Source: Phoronis australis | Lineage: Eukaryota > Animalia > Phoronida | NCBI GenBank assembly: GCA_002633005.1 | Contig: NMRA01000010.1 | Coordinates: forward strand, 1,274,982 to 1,338,981 | Direction: 5' to 3' | Length of the DNA: 64,000 nt | Shown: positions 39,412 to 51,400 of the stretch, one piece after another | How the letters are laid out: each line of letters begins with the position of its first letter | Numbering within the stretch: the stretch's first letter is position 1 | The notes under the pieces: generated by a model | Database searches by the model: none | Seen by the model: only the letters and a program-made list of their open reading frames with translations | What the model was told of the DNA's origin: nothing | Program-made: the position numbers and the translations under genes

Positions 39412-42400
39412 GTGAGTTTCAAAGTAATATCAGGTTAACAGTTCATTTGGTATGTATACTCAAATGCGGGATTGTGATCTGAATAGCTTAACGTTAGTTT
39501 CAAGTTGGGAACACGATGCCAAGCGGTATCTTGAGCAACAGTATATTTCATTTTTGTAAGTCGCAATCGGATCCGGTAACATTTGTTATGAAAAAAAAAC
39601 GTATTAAATTTTCTAACATTATTAATATTCTTGCATTTCGCTTCATCATTACACGTTCGGAAATACGATCGCAAACCAGACAAACCAGTAGAAACGAGTC
39701 GCGTGAGTAATGTTAATTGGAGACTGCGCATATACGATGAGTTTGCGAGAATTTTTCAGACATTAGGTCCTCAAAGTTTTGTGAAGATATAAATCCAAGA
39801 GTTTAGTTCATCAATTCCAGTTTTACATTACAATAATTAGTTTGAAAAAATGTTTGGATAAACTTCATAAAAATATGATTTTCGTTTTTGGAGGAAGTGG
39901 ACAACTTCCTTCCATTTTCTCAAAGAACTCCAATTTTGGTCTCAGTTTAAGATTCCCCAATAGAGAAGCAAACAAAATGTTGCACGCGGCGTAAAATCCT
40001 TTGAGTCCATACATAGGCTAAGTCAGCCTATTGACACGGGAAGATTCATTCATTCTGGTATCTGCTCGATTCAGTTAGGCGACAACCGAAATTCAGTGTT
40101 CCCGTAAGCTTTTAAAAACACAAATGTAGGAAAACCACTTCCATGCAATTTGACTCTATTTTAATTTTTTTCGTGTCCCGTTTTGGTTTATACTGTAGGT
40201 CTCGTTGTCATCCATATAGTTTTGATACCGATTACATGAAAGATAGTTCCGATACGACTTGCATTCTTATAAATCGGATGCAAGATGACTCTGTGGCGGC
40301 TAATTTTCTTTTTTTTGCTGTTTTGTAGGGCCATTGCTCTGCTGTCGATGGAGGGATGTTTTTGAAATTAAATATATCAAAACATCTCATCAAAAGCTAT
40401 CGCAAGTGTATCGTCCAATTCCGTTCAACTTTTACTTGTGTTTTTGCCGAAAAACTCGACGTGCCTAAAATTTTCAACCACACGACGCAGCTTTTGTAAA
40501 ATCCCGTTTGTGCAATGTAAAGTAATTCAGTAATTTTTGTTAATGATTTTATTTTAAGCTGAACAATTGCAAATTGCATTCAGCTTTCGTAGCAAACATT
40601 CAAGTTCGAATCTAATAAATAATCACTGAAATTGTTATATTAAAACTTCAAAATGTTGATAAATAACAGTCAGCAAGGCTTCCCCGCGCGTGAGCACTGA
40701 ATTGACCTTGAGACAGCACAGCTAGTCAGTCTCGCCGCGTTTTCTGAGTTGGGAGCTCGTCTCCGTTAGAATGAACGTGGATATGGAATTTGCCGCCGGA
40801 GATGAGTCCGTGTAAGAAGTTATTTGCATGACCTACCGACTGGGAGTACGTACAGTTGTGACACTCTATTTCTCAATCATAACTTTGTCGCCTTCTCGGA
40901 TTTCCAGCATTGTTTGGTTGGCAAGCGTTTGGTTGTTTTAGTATTTTGAAGACAATAAAATATAAGGCGAATGGATTTCTACTTTGCACTACTTCGTAAT
41001 TACGTTCTCGGTGTCATTAACCAACCGTGTCGTAACACATTCAAGGTCATGTGAGAAAATATTCATTAGTTTGCGTCAGACCACATCTTCACTATTCGCT
41101 TTTAGAATAGAATGCAACGTCGTTTTGACGTTTTATATTTTGGATCCAGTCATACAGAATTGTAATGTCAAATTGAAAACACCAATAGGCTAGACTGACG
41201 CAGGGCAGCAAATTTACCAAGCACTTCGAAATGCATTACCTGGCTATGGACCAGATCAATCATTTTCTTTCTCAACTCCACGGTGGCATACAATGGATGC
41301 AACCGTTGTCACATCAATTAATCGAAACACATACGTGTAATTTTGTAAAACTTTCAAGTGCTAAGTTGCCCCTGTGGTTACCTGAATTGATAACATATTT
41401 GTTGAAATTGTTACATGTTAAGTGTTGATTTTTATTCGCATTTGTGGGACCAAACTATATGATGGCAGCAGATACGTCATCCACGAACATCCGAATTGAG
41501 TTAAACTTGAGGGCCCCATGGAAAGGAGTGTGAACAGATGGGGCTACCCTTATTGTAAATATTACATTAATAAATAAATAAATAATCGAATAAATTATTT
41601 ACTTAACAAGGGGATAAATAAATTATTAGGTGACACTCAACAATTTTTGCTGATTCATTTTGAGCTTGAATAACCAATCTTTAATTTCAGCTCCAACAGT
41701 CAAATCTGAAAATATGGGCCGAAGACATCACAACCCTTGCACAAAGTCATGAAACTGATTCCAAAGTCAAATGTTAAATCTTTTAAGACTATCGAGTGTG
41801 CAGCCAAAATGAAACAAAATACACCAAAGCAGTACAGTCTTCACCCCAAGGCCGCCGTTTACATGCGACAACTACGAATTTAAAGACAGTGATTTCAAAC
41901 TACCAAACCTCCAGATAATAGAAATCAGGTGAAACATGGATTTTGAACAGCCATATTTTTACACAAGTCCAAAGTGGCTCAAGCATAACTGAATTTCAAG
42001 CTAAATTTCACCTTCCGGCTTGGAAGTAGTAAATGTTTAATGAAAGCCAAGGATGAACAAAAAGTGGGTCAAGGGGCCACCAACTGAAATTTTTTTCACC
42101 AACTTGAAGAACGGACTCAAAAATAAAGCAAATGCCATTCGTAGCCTTCACGTGCACCACAAAACTAATAATTTCCAGCCAACTCAACAGGCATCAACAT
42201 TTAATGAAATTAGGGAAGATAAATTAAACTGTGGCTGAGTGCTACTTATAGCGTTCACGATAAAGTTGTACAGAAATAGGTGAGCTAGTTATTTCACTGG
42301 CTGTGCTGCGTGGGAAAAGTTTCTCGCTTCTTTGCGAGATATCGCTATGCATTGCAGAGCTCGACACCTTACCTGAAACCAAACTGCGTTTCACGAAAAT

Positions 42401-45400
42401 GGAAAAAAGGGCTATGTATTTTACAGGTTGATTGTTTTCCTTGGATTTCCAACGACATGTCTTTCCCATGGAATATCAGAAATAAGGTATTCAATGAAGT
42501 TTGCTCAGAAAAACGTTGATAAAGCATGCCAGTTAGCAAACACTACGATGGAGAAGGAACAGGAGGCTGAGAGCCTTTTCAAGAAACTGGGTAAGTGTCG
42601 GACTGTCAGCTTCATTAACTTCGTTACTGCTGAGCATTGCTCATTTTTCAGCAGATCACGCTCTAGAAAAAGCCACACCAAGTTGAGTATACGGGGCACA
42701 GTTCTGTTTATCATAAAACTGGCAGCTGCAATACTTGTACAGGTAGATTTGTGCCCTCTTCCACCGCGCCACATTTACGGGAGAATGGCCCAGTGAAAAA
42801 CATTAAAGGATTTACCCCTTTACATGAACAGATGTATGTGGAAATTGGCAAAGGATTCTAGGAAACTTGTTTATTTAGACTATGTTTTGCTGGCGGTGAT
42901 GATTGCTTGTTACTCTTGTAAGCTGTCGGGCAACCCACACCATGATATTCAGCGTGTTCCAAAGCATCCGTGTGCCAACCTTGGTGCTTTAATCAGGGTG
43001 TAAATGTTTTGAGGGTTCTTGTCTGGCAAAGAACGAATTATAATCCTCGTTTGTTCTCCTTCTCCGCATATTATTAATCTGCTTCACATTAGTGTCCAAG
43101 TGCATTGTAAAGCCGCCTTTGGGCTTTGGTTCAAACACGTTCGATTCCGTGTGACGTTATCATGTGCATTGGTACACAATATAACTTATAATATGTGCAG
43201 TACACTGTACATTATTACGTCGGTCGGAAAATGACGAAGTGTATCGAATGGGCGTGCTTTAATTCGCAATCAATGTTTTGGGACAAAATGGCGGAATATC
43301 GCTGTGTTTACATGTCCGGGCACCGCACACACATTACTGTAATCATGAAAACGCGTAAGTTAGAAAAAAGTTCTGAATAATTTAATAAACGTTGGCGGTA
43401 CGCAACGGAGCGTAAACAAGTTAGAAGTGAATATTACTACACATTACGTCTAACGTCATTTTACGCAAAATTGTTTACTTTCTCAGTGTTTGTACTTTAG
43501 ATGCAAATTTTTAAAGTGGCATACAACAACAGACTAAATTAAATTATTCAGAGTAGTTCACTGCAACTGAAACAGATGACAAACTGTTCACCATATATTT
43601 TTGCGGATTGTTCGTAAAGATTTTGAATTTCTGTTGGTGTCAAAGCATTTTTCTGTTTATGTTGATAAAGGAAGTTGTTACATCCGAAAATTTCAAAATT
43701 CAGTTGATCTATTCTTGTTGTTTTATTTACCGATTTATATTCTTTTAGTTTCAAATTCAAAAAAAAAGCAATCTGTCACCTGCTCGATTTTCCTTGCTCA
43801 GCAAAGCACCTCTTTTTATTTGGGAAACATAGGCATAAAACTTTTCTCTTATATGGAAAATGTGACTATTTACCTTTGATGTAAACAAAATTCGAAATCG
43901 AATTCATCCAGCAGTTAGTCTGACTTCTTTGAGCGCATGCGCGAATATACAACATCAAGACCGGAAAAGTGTATTGGGATGAAAAGGTTTTTATTTCCGA
44001 CGAGTTTTTCTAGAAATTCTTGCAATATCCAAAGCGAATAACTCTGAAGTTTGCATCTTCACGAAGTAGATTCGCCACGAGGTCTGTTTAAAAATGTATT
44101 TTTACGATATTTCGCGTTCCATGCCTCTTTAAACTAGAACTGTACGCAGGTACTCGAAATGTAGTAACTCATCCCTATGCTACCATCACGAATACACCTG
44201 TAATGTAGTGTTTACATACATGTAGCTGTAGTTGCAGCAGCAGCAGTTTAGAAGTCTTACACATCCAGCACCTGTGGAACTGCTGTACACCACCAGGAGC
44301 CCATAAGTATATGAAATTACATTGACGTCAATCTAGTTCTTTGTATGTGCTGTTAGTTCCTGTTATCAAGCAACTGACTCGGTTTTATAATTTACATGAC
44401 AACGACCCATCTTAAGTTCACTTTGTATAAGATGCTTGAAAGAAAATACGCTGTTAGTTTTTTAGTATCTAACCTACGTAAAATAAAAGTTTAGTAAACT
44501 CATGTCTCGGTTTCAACCGTTTCTTTGAGTCTATGTGTGTGGTATGTGGTAAAACATACAAAGCGTTTATTTATTGAACTTGCGTAATCAGGTTCAAATA
44601 ACACGGATGAGTTCCGCAAATCAACGTACAAATCCGACTAACAAATATATCGCCAATTTCTCCCCTACGCTACAACGTTCGCTTCCATATTTCGCCAAAC
44701 GAGTTGTCGAGTTTTACAGCCGGGGTGGTGCCTCGACCTGTGACTGTGAGACACGACCGTTTATTCAGGCCTTGTGTTCTCCTTTGTCTAATTTAATCAA
44801 CGCCATTACGCCCACCCCTCACCTTCAAATATTAATCCTCAGCGCCACACATTGTCCAGACCAGTGCTCTTTGAACGTTACCGTGATGGCTATTATTTCA
44901 TTTTAAAGTGTTGTGGCTTTGCCGTTTTTATTCTTGCTAAGGGTTTTTTTGAACTGTGCGTTGATTTACTGACACCTTGGATATTGACATGCAGCGCTCA
45001 TCTCGGTATGTTGCCTCAGCCAACTGCTTTTATCTTCCGGTTTACTTCATGTGTTGGGATTACCATCCAACTTTCGCTGAGTTACCATCCAGTAAATGGT
45101 GTCACTTTTCAGGTATCGATCAGGATATCAGTAAGGCTAGAGGTCCATCGCATTTACATTTTGGACTATCGAGATACGGAGACAAGTACTCAGAGAGAAG
45201 TGGAAAAAAATACGGCCGTCTGTTTGAGTGCGCCTTGATGGGCTTGGTCAAACAGTGAGTATGTTTAACTTCAAGTCGAAATTACCTCGCAAAATAAGGA
45301 ACATTATTTGAAAATGTGATTGTAGCGAAACACTAAAGCCGGTGAACACAATTCCTCACTAAACTGATCATGAAGTTGGTCCCACAAAAAACTAAACTGA

Positions 45401-48400
45401 ATTACGCAGTGTTATCTAAATCTGAAAATTTCCGCTCAATAGAAGAAGTTACAGTTACTGGGAACTAATAGCAAGGTATGCAATACCGGATATTGTATAA
45501 TGCGACATCATCGGTAATGCGATAGCTTTCAATGAAGGTGAATCATGTTTGTTCCTTTGGGTGCGGACCGGACGCCAATCTCTTAAGGCGTTTCGCATCA
45601 TCAAAGTTATCTAGTTCTCACCAGAATTTGAATAGTGTATACCGTGTACGTGAATGTTTGTATATTATCACTTCAGGCGCAAGTATGGCCCCCAAGAAGC
45701 TCGACAGTTTGTTTCTGATTTGGAGCGCGATCCAAGTCTGTTTCCATACAAAATCCACCTTCCTTGTCCCAAGTACAAGAAGCCCGTGTGTAACACCCGG
45801 TCCCTCCATTACCGGACAATCGATGGGTCGTGCAACAACCTTAGACAACCGAAAGCTGGCCAGGCTGCGATGCCATTTTCTCGGTTCTTGGTTCCGGAGT
45901 ATGGCGACGGTATGTGACATTTCATGAATTACAATTAAGAAAACAATTAAGTACATATAGCATTTAAACCAGGTGTACGGCGGCGTTACTTAGTACCCTC
46001 GACACCCAAGACTTCTCAGTGAATGATAGATCTGACGACATTGTTCACTTTCTATTTTTTTGCCATCGTTGAATTGTCATTCTAACAAAAAACACATATG
46101 AAGGTCTTTGCGATTACAATCCATTTATTTCGGCGCTCAGGAGCTAAATGAAGGAAAAAGAACAAAGAAAAAAACTGAAGTTGCAATGAATTTTATAGCA
46201 GTGATACAAAGAATGGTTTTGAAGAGCGTCTAGTAAACAACTTTTTTCAATTCAGGCGTTGGTTCACCGAAGAAGAAAGGATGTAGTGGAAAACTGCTGA
46301 ATAGTGCGCGCCTGATCAGTCGTGAGGTACACACTGGCGACTCTAAAGCAACAGAAGCAAACGGAGTCACTTTATTATTCATGCAGTGGGGACAGTTCCT
46401 GGATCACGACATAACACGAACTCCAGAGCAGGCTGGTAAAGCTAAGCGTTTTGAAACGACTTTCACCTTTCACGTTCATTTTTTCTTTACTTGTCGAAAT
46501 GGCGATATGAACCTATGCGGAGTTACGGCTACCCGCAGATGGCGTATTACAAAAGGCTCGGGTTTAATTTAAAAAATTTGAGAAATATTATAACATTGGA
46601 AAATATCCAAGGGATTATTGTGCCACTCCCGAAACTGAACGTACACGTACTTGGATGGAGAAATGAAGCTATGTTTCGGAAAAAAGTGGCCTGCTTTAAA
46701 AAATAGTAGCAAACCGTTTAATTAAGCGCAATGTACCTCAATTAGATAGACGAAATAGATCCTAGCAGTAGATGTGTGTAGAAATCCGTTATCATTCCGT
46801 ACTCTATAATTTATTTTGTCGCTTATGTCGGTCTTCGAAGTTAAAGAAGAGCTCTCCTGTGTCCTTTGATTAGTTTCAGAGAAGTACATCCGGTAACCTC
46901 CCTTACTGGCAGCAAGTTATCACAGCTTATGCGATAAGGAATTCTGTTTGAAGCGCTAAAGGGTTCTTAAAAAGTACTGTTTTACGCGTTGAAAGTCTTT
47001 AATCTATGTGTGCTATGTACTTTTGCGCTAATCTATACAGCGCCAGCGGGTTTTTAAAGGAGTAACTTTTTCGCGTTGAAATGTGCTTAATCAATGCGCC
47101 AAATTAGCTCTTAAACCATTATTATTCAACCCGTGCTTTTGCAAACTGGCGGAGGACTTTCTACATGGTGCAAGACAACTTTTGAAAAATGTTCCAGATT
47201 GTTTTCAAGTGACCATGCAAATGATTACCAAATGAAAACTTGTCTTGGATTAGACATGACAAATAACTAATCCAGCGCGTTGATTACATAAAACTACGTG
47301 TTGATTAAGAAAAACTACTCGTTGATTAAGAATATTTCAACGCGCAAAAAGATATTACTTTAAAAAACCTGCGGCGCTTCATATGAATCTACGCGTGCTT
47401 TTGCTTAATCTACGCAAAGTTTTGCTTGATTCATGCATGATTTTGCTTAATCTACGCGTACGTTTAATTTACGCGTACTTTTAGGAACGCAATGATAGGC
47501 AAAAGCACACCTAGCTGGGACACATTTCAACGCGTAAAATGTTACAGCTAGAAGATATCTCCAATATCTAGATCACCAGTAGCTCTCTTGTTCGCCAACT
47601 TTACTGACAAGCTAATTCTACCATACAGGGGAAGGGAATTCTGAGATAAAATGCTGCAAATCCGAATTTAAAATAAATCATCAGCAGCTAAAGAAGTCTG
47701 GTAAAACAGAAAAGGAAATTAAGGTCCAACTTAAAAACAGGTGAGTTGTAACCTCATGAACAGACAACGTATACATCTGACAATGTAAATACTTCCGGGT
47801 GTGCTACTCTCGATCCCTTGAAGTACAGATCGAACTCGAGATTAAAATCTAGTGACAAACACGTTTATTGAAGTAGTCCACTCAGTATATAGCGATTTTA
47901 ACCAGGCTAAAGACCTATTCAACTCAAACAAATTAAGTGTCTAAGCAGCTGACAGAGGTAGACACGTTAGTTTCGATTTCAGCGAATGTCGTAAGACAAC
48001 GGCGAGAATTGATTTGTAATAAAATCACAAACATCACAACCGATTTAATTGTTTATTAGCGCTGGTCAATAACTAAAAAAATGTATCCCACTCAATAATA
48101 ATATCCAATTGTCTGCCTCTAAAACGACATAGTAAAAAGGTCCCTTTGCCCCATAACAACTCATTTGAAAGGATTTAAAACTTCTTCAAACTTATGGTAT
48201 TTATTCGATTGAAATTGAATGAACACTATACCTTGTATTAAAGTCAACACGTGGAAATAAACTATGAAGCGCCTGTGTGAAGTTATGCATCAAAGCGTCC
48301 TTGTTTTGGCGCAATGGGAGGTAATGTCACGGAAAACGTTGTTTCGGTATGCGTAGCGTCAAATTATACATGTACCCCTCTTGAAAAAGTTTTTCAGTAA

Positions 48401-51400
48401 TTGGAATTTCTTAGCTGGAGAGCTTTATATAATTTGTTACTATTGCAGTTTGTTTAACGTAACGCCCCATTTTATGAAAAATCTCCCGGACAATAATGAT
48501 TGATTTAAAGCCGCCCACTGTTTTGCAAAGCGTTATGCAATTAGTTTTTGAAAATACACTGATTAGCAGAATTGTGATGAGTTGTGATTTGTCTTTACAC
48601 AGAGATGCGTGCTTTCCGATAGCGATTCCGAAGGGTGATCCACATTTCTCAGAACCGTGCATGAACTTTGTCAGATCAATGCAAGCCTCACCAACCAACT
48701 GCAATTTTGGTAAGACAATTATTGTTATTCAGCGAATGCATACCCATTTATCTTTGGTTGGGCAAACCGAAGAAATGATCCCCTAATATTTTTAGAGAAA
48801 CCAAATTACAGTTGCAACAACAAACCTCCATAATTAAATTAGTGTGTGCCAATGTTTTAGGAATACTTGGTTCCTTTAAGTGAAATCGAAGTCAATTAAA
48901 AGAACGCTCCTAAATTCAAAAGAATCAGAGATAATCTAATAGACAAACCTCTAAATCCTCTCGCCAAAGCTTCTCCTCGGCCATTATCAAATAACCAATC
49001 ATGTGCAGGCTGTCTTCACGTGCTGCTTGTTAGAGAAAGTTCCAATTTGCTCGGAGTAAAGAAATTTTAGTGATATAAATTATTCTCGAATTCAGTAGCA
49101 TACGTTACTCATCGCTAAAATTTTAGCTGAATTGCGTAAGCAACAAGTATTTTATGTGTGTTAATTAATTGTGTGCTGGCCTATGATAAAATTATTAATC
49201 GATCTTGACTTCCAAATTCCAAAACGTTACGGACTTCCCTTCAATTGACCTTTGCACTTTCTGTGACATACTTCGGGGAGCAACTCTTCTTCTTTATGCA
49301 AACACAGTTTGGAACACGCTAAACAATTTTCCGTCAGGTCATGCGTCGAATGTAAAATATATTTTTGTTCACAGGGTTTCGAGAACAACAAAACGATATT
49401 ACTGCCTACATCGACGCGTCCAATGTGTACGGCTCTTCGGATAAGGAGGGACGTGGCTTGCGCGAACTTCGTGACGGTAAGGCATAAATGGGCATTTTTT
49501 AGCACTGTTGCCGTGCAATGGCGATTTTATCAAAAATCACGGCTTAGTAGATCTCATAGTTTCGCCGAAAAGTGACCGTAAAACGGCATTTTGTTGTGTG
49601 TGAAAGTGGATTTGGCGGTTTTCACAAAATAGGAAGCTCACCATGAAAGTAAATTGTATTTTTAGACTGTCGCCGGTTGAATTATGAGATTAGTCTGAAC
49701 TTCTGAACATGAACGAAAATTGGGATTTCGGACGACCGCGTGAAAAACTGGTAACCTCATTGTGATATATAATGTCATACTCGACACATATTGTCGCCGT
49801 ACGACTCTAAGCGCAAGTGTTCCCGGTATGTATTGTCGCACCTGGATAATATTGTCACCCGAGGGAATGACAATACATGTCAAGAACGACAGTTTATGAT
49901 GCTAAATTGTTATGGAATATATTGTCTCTCCCTAAGGCCATTGACTTTTAGCGAAATTACGTGGTTGTGGACATTTAGTGATTGTCGATAAGCCGTAAAG
50001 GTATGGGGTAATCTGGGCATTGATGTAATATGTAATTGATGGAGAGTGGTACGGAGTTCGAGTTGGGAAGGGGAGAGGGTGGCTAAAAGTTGGAGAGACT
50101 AAAACACGTCTTTAGTATCCCACGCTCCTTCTTTGAAAAGTCGACGAGGCTGGCATCTGGAGTGACTATGATCGTCACCAATCACCTCCCGAATCATTTG
50201 TCTGTTCAACTCCCTATACATGTATCATCGTTTTGGCCACTCGGGGTCTCCTGAGGGCCACTCGGGGTCTCCCGAGTGTTGTGGCAAATATTGTCGACAG
50301 AGGGAGCGACACCACGTGCTTGAGTGAATCGCAACGCAACTTTTCGTCCCTTCGCGCGTGCAATTCTGTTCTGTATCTTAGTAAATATTTTGAGTATGCA
50401 TAGTTAAAGTGTTCACTAACTTGACATGACGTCGATGCTAACGTACATATATTTTCAAGAACAAACTTCGTTATCTTATGTTTTTGAAATACTCAAAGTA
50501 AGGAAACGCACTTTGCACATTTTGTCGAAGCTTTTTAGTGTTCGTAAAGAAAATATATACTAGACTTTCTGAAAAATAGTTACCATAATTTTATTGCATG
50601 TACATAAATAACCAGCGACATCTGTCCAATGAGTTTTCTGTGTACAGGTCTCATGAAACACTCGGAGGCGATCCCTGGACAGAAGTTTCCACCTCAAGAT
50701 AAAAATGCTATGTTTTGTGTTAAAGACGCTCCTTCACATCATTGCTTTAAAGCAGGTAAAGTATCCTGAGATGGGAACCGATTTGGCATCACTTTTGTGG
50801 TTTTGTCTAGTGCGACAACATACTAGGTGCTACATATACATACTTACGGACAGAGAGACAGACATACAAAAAGACAGACAAACAGACAGATAGACAGGCA
50901 GACAGACAGACAGACAGACAGGCAGGTAGTCAGACAGGCAAATATTATTTGAATTGGGTTTTGTATTATGTCACAAGAGAAATACCACCTCAGCGAAACA
51001 AAAAGTCTGAGTAAACGAGTCCACTACATCCACAGGAATTTTGCGCGAATGCACAGTGGCCCGTTCTTTTAGTCCTTGATATTTGTCAGTGAAAGGTCCG
51101 CATACCGAAAAATTCGAGCCGCCCTATATTTTAGGCTGGGTGCGCGCATGCTTCTGTTGGTGAAAATGAAATTCATTTTGATCAGAGTCTTTCACAAAAG
51201 TACCTCCTACATGTATTAGAAATTTAATCTACGACACTTTTCTAAATAAAATGAAAACAAAACAGTATAAAAGAGATGTACATTTTTATTGAATCTGAAG
51301 AAAGACTCGAATCTACTGTGTATTATCAAAATGTGCGCACATGTGTACATATTTGCTCATGCATGTATGTTAAGCATTTCAATGCGGACCAGTGGCCTTA

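Noticed and set aside
40329-40365. Alternative signal-peptide exon after ttttgtag
   Set aside because: In-frame TGA and no good donor. Exon 42427 gives a better signal peptide.
44592-44906. Possible extra peroxidase exon (ORF 44574..44906)
   Set aside because: The required phase-1 frame hits a stop, and exons 2 and 3 join cleanly without it.
45532-45956. 131-aa and 112-aa ORFs overlapping peroxidase exon 4
   Set aside because: Alternative-frame and antisense shadows with no recognisable domain.
48628-48642. KGD tripeptide (peroxinectin-like integrin motif) in peroxidase exon 7
   Set aside because: It falls in the conserved PxxDP loop. The C-terminal site used by peroxinectins reads KVGDR here, so adhesion function is unsupported.
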